A stretch of DNA of 64,000 nt from the human T2T-CHM13v2.0 reference genome, Homo sapiens. A program made the position numbers and the translations under genes. How positions within the stretch are numbered: position 1 is the first letter of the stretch; the number at the start of each line of letters is the position of its first letter. Location: assembly GCF_009914755.1 (NCBI RefSeq), contig NC_060933.1; one strand, written 5' to 3'. The notes below the pieces were generated by a model, which was not told the origin of the DNA, did not search any database, and saw only the letters and a program-made list of their open reading frames with translations. Below are positions 54,950-64,000 of the stretch, piece after piece.

Positions 54950-55797
54950 CTGAAGGAAAAGAAAAGTGCATTATAGACAATACTTAAGGTGTGAAAAAAA
55001 AATCCTTTTTGGCAGTTTTAGAAATTTGGAAAGCTCCTTACAAACTCCATTAATTTCATTGTAACATACTCATCTTGATAAAAAAAAGTAGCACTATAAA
55101 TTAGAATGCAGACATATATGGATACACACTACCTAGAAACAAATAGAATAGTGCAACTATATATATGGATAGCCATTTTGGTCGTACATTGTGTCCCTGA
55201 GAAGTGGTAGTCTGAATTTATAAAAGATAGAATAGTCACTATGCTGTAGGGGGAAAGATATGGTTTGCTAGAAGCTAGAATTTGTTGGATCAGTATTCAT
55301 TACTGCTTATATATGGATCAGCTTGTAATTCTCTTGATGTTTCTGTACTTAACAGGCTAGAATCAATTTTCTTTTGCAATTGTAATATGTATCATATTAC
55401 TCAGTTAATTTTTTTTCCCATTAATTGGTTAAATAAATTGCTTAAACAGAGGCCTTGGCAGGAGTTGGGTTTAATTATAATTTATTCCCTGTCATATTTC
55501 ATAAAGTGTTTAAAGATGCTTATATAAACAAACATAATTACATGAATAGTAGTAATTAGAATCCAACAAAAAATTACAATAGAAGATCTAGATGGGGAAA
55601 ATTAGAATGCAGTTTTGCAGACCATAAACAATTTGTTTAGCTTTAAATTTGCTGGTGGCCAAAAGTTAGCAAAATCTAATTATTTACCTGATTCTCATTA
55701 TACGCAAGAGAAAAACACTTTTTAAAGGAGATTTATGTTTATACTTTTCTCTCCCTTCATGCTATTTTAATAAGTGGACAAAAATGTGGCTTCCAGA

Positions 55798-55937
55798 GCC
55801 TGGGTTAGTAGCTGGAGACTGAGGCAGGAGGATCACTTGAGCCCAAGAGTTTGAGACCAGCCTGGGCAACATAGCAAACCCTTGCCTCTACAAAACAAAT
55901 TTAGAAAACCAACCAAACAAACAAACAAAAAACCAGG
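55798..55937 (+). mobile_element. FLAM/AluJ monomer in intron 11
   Basis: TSD gtggcttccaga at 55786-55797 and 55938-55949; (AAAC)n tail. Confidence 0.85.
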
Positions 55938-57005
55938 GTGGCTTCCAGATAAATTGTATTATACTTTGAAGGTTTGGTCATTACTTTTATCCTGAGATAA
56001 TATTCAGATGTTTTCTTTGTTAAAACACTATCCCAGTTCCCGAAGTTCCACATTCTCACTGGACCATAAAGTTCTTAACTATGTCTCTCATCCTGGAGGG
56101 ATAATTCCTTTAATAAATTTACACTTACAAAAGGCAGTATTGTCTCAGCTTTGTTTAATTGCCCTTTAAATTGCAAAATCAAATACTACTTTGAAATTAT
56201 GAGTAAACTTCCTGCAACTCTGGAGTTCAATAATTTTCCTGAAAACACCAAGCAGCTATTAGGTCTGGGACAATGCCAGAAAATTATTATCTTCTAGGAT
56301 ATGTAGTAACAAGATGGTCCCCTCTGTTTTTCATAATAGAGGAAATTCCTGATCAGGGATTCCCAAGACCCTCAGTGGGGTGATGTCATAACAAGCTTCA
56401 TCAAACAAGCATGGAACATTCTGCTAGTCGAAAATACAAAACTGAAATTTGTCTTTGTTAAAAAGTGCAGAGAGTAAATTTGCTCATTTTACTGTCAACT
56501 AGAAATGAAACTATTTTACTGTGAATTAACAGGGAACTGAGAAATGTTCACTTGGCAAAAACTTTGAGTTCAAAATGTTATCTGTCTTCTGCAAGCGTTT
56601 CCTCATGTGTAAAGTGGGGATGATAATATTTAATAGGATTGTTTCAAGGTATGCGTAAGATTGCGTGAATAGTATTCTTGTTGTAGTACTTGGTATAAAT
56701 ATCTTCAGTAAGTGGCGATAATATACATACACACAGTAACTATGCTGAATTTTATTAATGCTTTTATCATAGGCAAATTCTATATTCATCACTAGCTATA
56801 CCGACTATTCAAGAAGAACTTGCTGAATTTTATTTAAGAGTCTCCCATTAGGCCCACTTCCTATTGCTGTTACAATGGCATTTAAATTGCCACATGGGCT
56901 TTGGAGGAGAAATTTAAACTATACACTGATATAATTTGTGTTAATGTATACCCTCCCCTGCCCCAAATCAGTTTATACATTTTTAAAGCCCCCGAGATGA
57001 TTCTA

Positions 57006-57563
<558 letters not shown>

Positions 57564-58059
57564 TTAGTGTTGGGAAGGAAAATAATCTTGTGCTTTTTCC
57601 AGGACTGAGGGGCCAAAATTAGGCTAATGGGACCAAAGTGACCAAAGACATAGTCTAGAGACTGACAGCTGAGTACAGAATGCAACAGTTTGAGAGGCAC
57701 AGACTTCATGTTTATATCCTCTTGATTAAAGTATAAAAATAAGAGATATAAACTAGGTCAAAAATGGGAGAGGGAGGGTATCTTCAAAATTCAATCTTTC
57801 AAAAATAACTTCAATTATCTCTAATAATCCTAGAGTAAGAAGGCCGATATAAGAATATTTGCATACACAAGGGTACCAAGTAAATATTGTTCTTACTCTT
57901 TTACCTCCCTGTATACAGCATAGTACCACGTGCTCAGAAATTACTTGGCAATTCTTATATTGTATTAATCAAACATCAATACAATATTTTTGGTAAGCAA
58001 TTTCAAGAAGCTAGATAAAGTTAAAGAAAATATCCTCCCTAAAGTTCTTCCAATACAGC

Positions 58060-58360
<301 letters not shown>

Positions 58361-58504
58361 TTTTGTTTGTTTTTCAAGGCAGCAACTGCTTTTCTAGAAG
58401 GATAGGTAATTCCAAATGAAAAATCCAAGTCTGAAAAAGTTCAAGGTAGTAATCTGTTAATGTGGTTATTACTGAAAAGGCTACATTCCTTAGGTTGGAC
58501 TTAC

Positions 58505-58662
58505 CACACTGTTCCTGCCTGCAGAGCAGAGGAGATTGTTATGGCTTTATCAATGTCTTTGGTAAACACTCCTGCTGATAAGCCATAGAAAGTATTGTTT
58601 GCTCTTTTGATCACGTCATCTAAAGATTTAAACTTCATGATTTGCTGCACTGGTCCAAAAAT
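58505..58662 (-). CDS. ALDH1A1: ALDH1A1 exon 11 (158 nt)
   Basis: ggtatAG / [52 protein letters not shown](W) / GTaagt. Confidence 0.98.
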
Positions 58663-60254
58663 CTATACCACAAGAAATAAATAAGTAAAAATAATAGGTT
58701 AAAATGAAATATTTTAAATGATATCGTAGATTTTTTTTCCTACACGCTATCCTAAATTGATTAAGATTTTTCTTCTCATCTCAAACCTATGTGTGAGAAT
58801 CCAAATAGGTAACTGCAAAAATGGTAGGTGAAAACAGATAATGGTCAGGTGTTAAATTTCCTTTGGAAGAAGAAAGGGTACAAATAATTAAGGCAATATT
58901 AAGTTTCTAGATGTTGGAATTAAGCTTTCAAGAACTTATGATTGTGCAACAAATCATTAACTTCAGAATTTCTTTTTCACTTGGGAATATTTTAAATTCA
59001 CTCTCTAGTTTTTCTTATCTTCCAAGTCACTACACATAGTAACAAGTCCCAGAAAGCAATCTACTGGATAAATGAATAGGCAATGATAATCTGCTGGATA
59101 AATGAATAGGCAATGATTGATAATAATAATGCTTTAAATACCTGTATGCCATTGGTAAAATATTAACTATTCTACTGTACTCAGTAGAATAGTTACTAAT
59201 TACTTTTCATAATTAGCCAAGTTAGGTAAACATCACGAACTTTTAGTCTACTCTGTAGCAAAATCTTAGGCAACTTAAATATATCAAACAGAATTGTTCC
59301 TTACTGCAAGAGCTTATACATTCTAAACCATCCTATTCTAATCAAAGCATGAGTTCATTGGTAATGGCTATAATTGCAGGACAGAAAACAAAAATCACAA
59401 TTTGCTTATTCTAACGTAAAGTACTCTTTTGCTTTCACTAAGTTCCTGGTTACTGCAGCCCAAACTCAATTCACCCTGTATCTCAGCCTCAGGTAAAAGA
59501 AAGACAACTGGATTTTCTCTTTAAAATTAAGCTCCTGCATTTCAATAAAATATTTATTAAGATCAGATAAAGATTCCTGAAATTACCAGAATTTTCTGGG
59601 AAATCTGAATGAAGGAAGACAAAAATCAGAAATGACAAAGAGTTTTCTGGTGTTCACCACTGATTTAAATGTTAGAAGGGAGGGGCTGCTGTTCAATAGA
59701 GGTTGAGTGTGAATCTTAACGTTATAAATCTAATCCTATTTGAACATAGGAACCATATACACAGCAGCTACTCTAATAAATGTGTTCATATTTTACATAA
59801 TTTTAATTGAACACAGCACATAGCTCCAGGCTCCTACTTTGAAGTAGCAAGCTAGCTGTTCTACTATATATTAATATATTATAGGAACACAATAAATGTT
59901 TCCTTAATTGAAGATTTTTTTCCACGTCTTATCTGGTATTAATCAAGATATGCAAGAATGACAGCTCATTTTTTTTCTAATTTTGTATATTGTAGTTAAA
60001 TACTTGGTGAGCATATATATAATGTATATACACATTATATATGTATACAGACACACATATATACACTCACCAAACACTTAACTGCAATATACAAAATCAG
60101 GAAGTCTAACAGCTGAAACAAATAGGACTAAGAGCACATAGAAGGTAGGGAGTGATAGAGGGGATGAATGCTGTTTTCAAATACATGGATGGCTGTTATA
60201 TAGAAAGAGTCTATAGGGCAAAGGTGGAACCAGAAAGTAGAACCTATATATTTA

Positions 60255-60606
60255 TCTCTTTTGTGGTGAGAACACTTAAAATTGACTCTCTTAGCAATAT
60301 TCAAGTATACAATACATTGTTATTAATTACAGTCAGGATATTTACGATAGCTCTCTTGAACTTACTCCTCCTAATTGAAAGTTTGAATCCTTTGACCAAC
60401 ATTTCCCAACCCTCATCCTCCACTCCCCCAAGCCCCTGGTAACCACCATTCCAATCTCTGCTTCTATGAGTTCTACTCTTTGAGATCCCACATAAAAGTG
60501 AGATCCTGCGGTATTTGTCTTTTTATGCCTGTCATATTTCATGGAGCATAAATTTTCCAGGTTGTTGCTGCAAATGACAGGATTCTTTTCCATTGTTTTA
60601 AAGCTG
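60255..60606 (-). mobile_element. L1MA-like 3' end in intron 10
   Basis: tgtggtgagaacacttaaaat...cccctggtaaccaccattc...gcaaatgacaggatt. Confidence 0.82.
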
Positions 60607-60860
60607 TGAAGGCAGCACCTGAAAATTGTTAAGCATCCAGATCTGTGTTGGCTGAACATTTGTGGCTGGCCCCATGGATCCCTTACTACTTTTTAGTATC
60701 TATCACAAATAACTTAAACCTCTATCAAGAACAGAATAAAGAGTAAGGTTTAGAGGGAAAGATGTTCCAAAGAGCTGGGAATTTTAAAGTGACACTTTGT
60801 ATACACACAAACAGACAAAACATGGCAACAAAAAGAACAGAACAGAATGAAGCCATTTAC

Positions 60861-61025
60861 CTCCTCTTTGGCAATGCGCATCTCATCTGTAACATTAGAG
60901 AACACTGTGGGCTGGACAAAGTAGCCTTTATTCCCCCACGGGCCTCCTCCACATTCCAGTTTGGCCCCTTCTTTCTTCCCACTCTCAATGAGGTCAAGTA
61001 TTTTATCATATTGTTCCTTGTCAAT
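60861..61025 (-). CDS. ALDH1A1: ALDH1A1 exon 10 (165 nt)
   Basis: ttttcaaatAG / [55 protein letters not shown] / GTaaat; the EEIFGP motif is split across exons 10 and 11. Confidence 0.98.
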
Positions 61026-62639
61026 CTATTTGAAAAATATCACATGAAAAGAAAAAAAGTAGTCACTTGTAAAGATAACACATTGCTGGGCCTGTTAACA
61101 AGGGCTTCAAAATGCTAAAATATTGCAATTAAACCAAATATTGAATCGAAACAGCTAACAGAGGTTCAGATTCATTCTTTGGATATATTTTCTTCTCATG
61201 ACTTTTAGGGGAAAATCTCTTGAAGACAGATATTTGTATTTAACATTTGTTTTATAGTTATATAGGAAAGCATTCAGCACTGCAAACACATAAAAAACAC
61301 ATAAATGACAATCATCATTTATTCACTCTGGAAGAAATGCCTGTTAATCTAAATACATTTACCTGGAAACTATTGTCCCGGCTGAAATGAAAGGAGGGAA
61401 AAGAGAAAAACAGAACTTTGATACTGAGTTTAATTAGATCTGTTGGGAAGCAGATGCTTTAAGACTGTTCTTAGAAGACTCCCGAGCCTCTGTTTGATCT
61501 CCCCATTTCTGAATCACCCACTCTGACCTGTCCGATGCCCTTGGATATCCCATTCTGACCATAGTCTGCGCACCCTTCCCAGTTCTGGTCCCACTGGGGC
61601 AGTCAGTAAATCTGCTTCCAATTTCTGGCCTGTCCTGAATGTCACCATCCTGCTTCATTAAATGAGCCACATCTAACTATGTGCCAAGTATTACAGAACT
61701 TAAATCGTCTTTATTTAAACACTATTTTTATAAGGAAAATAAATGAGTTTGGAGTTCTGGTTGTGAACACCAGGAACACGTACCTCTTCAAGCACTGAAA
61801 TCTGGGGCTAATTTTTGTCTCAATTTCTATTTTGTGACATTGAATAACTGGGTGACTCTTGGATTCCAAGTAACCGGTGAGGGCTGCCTATCTCAGGTGT
61901 AGCAGGGGTTAAGGATTAAAGGAAAAACAGGAGATCTAGGAGCTAAGATGGGTTGGAGGGTGGAAGCTCTTGTAGGTTTAACTTCCCACTACTTGAAAAG
62001 TTTTATGTTTCACTTTCTCTTACTCTTCTCTGACTCTGCAAATCTTCTTTATCTTCCAAAGCCAAGAAAAAGCTTCCATAAAGTTATTTCTAACTGAATA
62101 CAGCTCAGCCCCCATATCTAACTAGATTAAGCACTATTTGAAACTAGAAACTATTTTCTAAAATTTGGCACAATATTTGGTACAATGTTGCTCAACAGTC
62201 TTTAGTGCAATATTTAATATAATATCCCAGAAGGAAAATATTCCTTCATTTCCAGCAGATTAAGAAAAAAATAGTGTTAAGAAGAAATATTTAAATTACT
62301 ACATAGGTTGAATAGTAGCAGACTAAGGGGTGGGGTGAGATAAATTCTGCCTGGGTAAGGTATTCTAGTTTCTCAATAAATAGTCAAGGGTCCATGTCAC
62401 TCCACATAAAGCTTTCTGTCTTATTGGAACATATTAATCTGACTATGCCCTCAACATCATGATATCTGGTTTTTATTTCAAGATGTATTTCCCAAGTCAT
62501 GTTTTCCTGTCTGTGACCACGTTGAATAACCAGTGCCAATCAAATCCCTGCATACATACTGGAGAAAAGGGCTGAAAAGCCTTATTTGTTGGAAAACTTA
62601 GATGGTCGCTAACTTATAAAACTACAGGCCTTTGTATTT

Positions 62640-62769
62640 CAGTGCCTTGCTACCGACAATGTGGTCCTACAACCAGCAGTTGTGGCATCACTTGGTAGCC
62701 AAATGTGCTTCTTTGACCCCACCTCAGATCTACTGAATCCCCGGGCACGGGAAAGATTGAGGAACACTG
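62640..62769. mobile_element. MER5A-like DNA transposon fragment in intron 9
   Basis: cagtg...tgtggtcc...accagcag...ggcatcacttgg...ccccacctcagatctactgaatc...gaggaacactg. Confidence 0.65.
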
Positions 62770-64000
62770 TGGTGGAGCTTGGGACTACAAACAAAAAATT
62801 AGGCTCTACTTAGAGACTGGTCAGTTTTGTCTGGCTAATTTTGATTCACCACAAATACAGACCTTCTTCAGAAGGCATCAGGCTGACCATATATAAACTT
62901 GACCTTCTTTCTGGACACCTGGGACTGTCCAATAATGCTAGGATGTAGCTGGGGCTCTTTCATGTGATGGGCCATTGGCCTATGGGCTAGTCTATGAAAT
63001 GTATTAGGTAGGTCATGATATGGTAACAGTCTCAAAGGAAACATTTTAAGGTGTTTGAATGGGTAAATTCTTTGATTCCTTAGGCTTAATGGGTTAAAGA
63101 AGATGAATTGGGAAAAAGCACTTACATGTTCTCAAATTATTCAGAAACCATGTATCAACAAAAGCAATGAATAGATATAGAAGTAATTGATCTGTATGAT
63201 AATTGTCACCATGGGTATAAATGGAAGCATGTAATTTTTATTTATTTACTAGACATTTGAGCATGTGGACCAAGCACTCTGATGGATACATTTTATAGAT
63301 TATCCAATTGCACTGCAGAATTATTCTTCAAGATTGAGGTTTCTATGCACATTCTACACATAAGACAATAGTTTCAGGGAGGCTGGATTTTAAATCCAGT
63401 TTAAATCCTATATAACTGTAACTCCAAAGTCCATCTTTCCACACTATTATAAGGTGCTACTCTGTGATAATTTTAGTATCGTTTATGTGGCTATCACAAT
63501 TTCTGTTTCAAATGAAAATACTAATTTTTCCAAGTTTAAGACAATATATATTTTTTCTATAAAGTCAAATAGGAAAATCACTTGAAATATGAAAAAGATA
63601 CACACATGAATCCACAGATATAATACAAATATGCAAAGTATATATATATATATTTTGTAATTGCTCTAACCCCCAAATAATTTGTAATGTTCAAATTTTT
63701 TTAAACTTTAATTTTTTCCCCTAAAACAAATCGTTTTGACCATTATTTTTTCTATAACCTTTTTGATGTTATATTTAATGAGGAAGATTCCATCATTGTA
63801 TTTAAAAGCCTCAGTTCACTCAACCACCCCTGGATGAGGCAATAGGCTAAAGCTTAGTGAGTGAGTATCCCCTTTGTGTAAGTTTTTTCTCCTAACAATA
63901 GATGAATATTTAATGGTAAAGGAGCCCAGGGCTTTTTAGTCTTTTGTTTCTCCAAATTCTAACATACCTACTTATCCTACTGACTCAATGGAACTTGTGA

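Noticed and set aside
60762-61118. 118-aa plus-strand ORF
   Set aside because: Antisense shadow of ALDH1A1 exon 10, with no independent support.
61434-61670. 78-aa minus-strand ORF in intron 9, in locally GC-richer sequence
   Set aside because: No similarity to ALDH or any family I recognise, and no convincing acceptor/donor pair.

Overview
This is human (or very close great-ape) genomic DNA. The only protein-coding content is the 3' end of ALDH1A1 (retinal dehydrogenase 1) on the minus strand. Its last four exons are 61025-60861, 58662-58505, 54949-54875 and 50198-50126, plus a 3'UTR to about 49585. They splice with GT/AG boundaries into ...[10 protein letters not shown]...AKEE/IFGPVQQ...[52 protein letters not shown]. 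From memory, this places the window at 9q21.13, between TMC1 and ALDH1A1. The first ~49 kb is repeat-dense intergenic DNA: a 5'-truncated SVA, many Alus, L1s, MaLR/ERV1 LTRs, MER DNA transposons, MIRs and STRs, with several readable nested insertions and target-site duplications (TSDs). Most ORF-track entries are repeat-derived or chance, and none corresponds to an ALDH1A1 exon. I find no evidence for a new multi-gene biological system. The best leads are: (1) a predicted MSTA-LTR-driven spliced lncRNA at ~23045-20645; (2) a consensus cryptic 5' splice site inside ALDH1A1 exon 12 that predicts an NMD-escaping truncated isoform; (3) an inverted Alu pair with a very long pyrimidine tract in intron 11; (4) an unexplained 44-bp dispersed duplication at 40648/42295; (5) a twin-primed inverted L1. 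Repeat subfamily names and boundaries are by-eye estimates, not RepeatMasker output.
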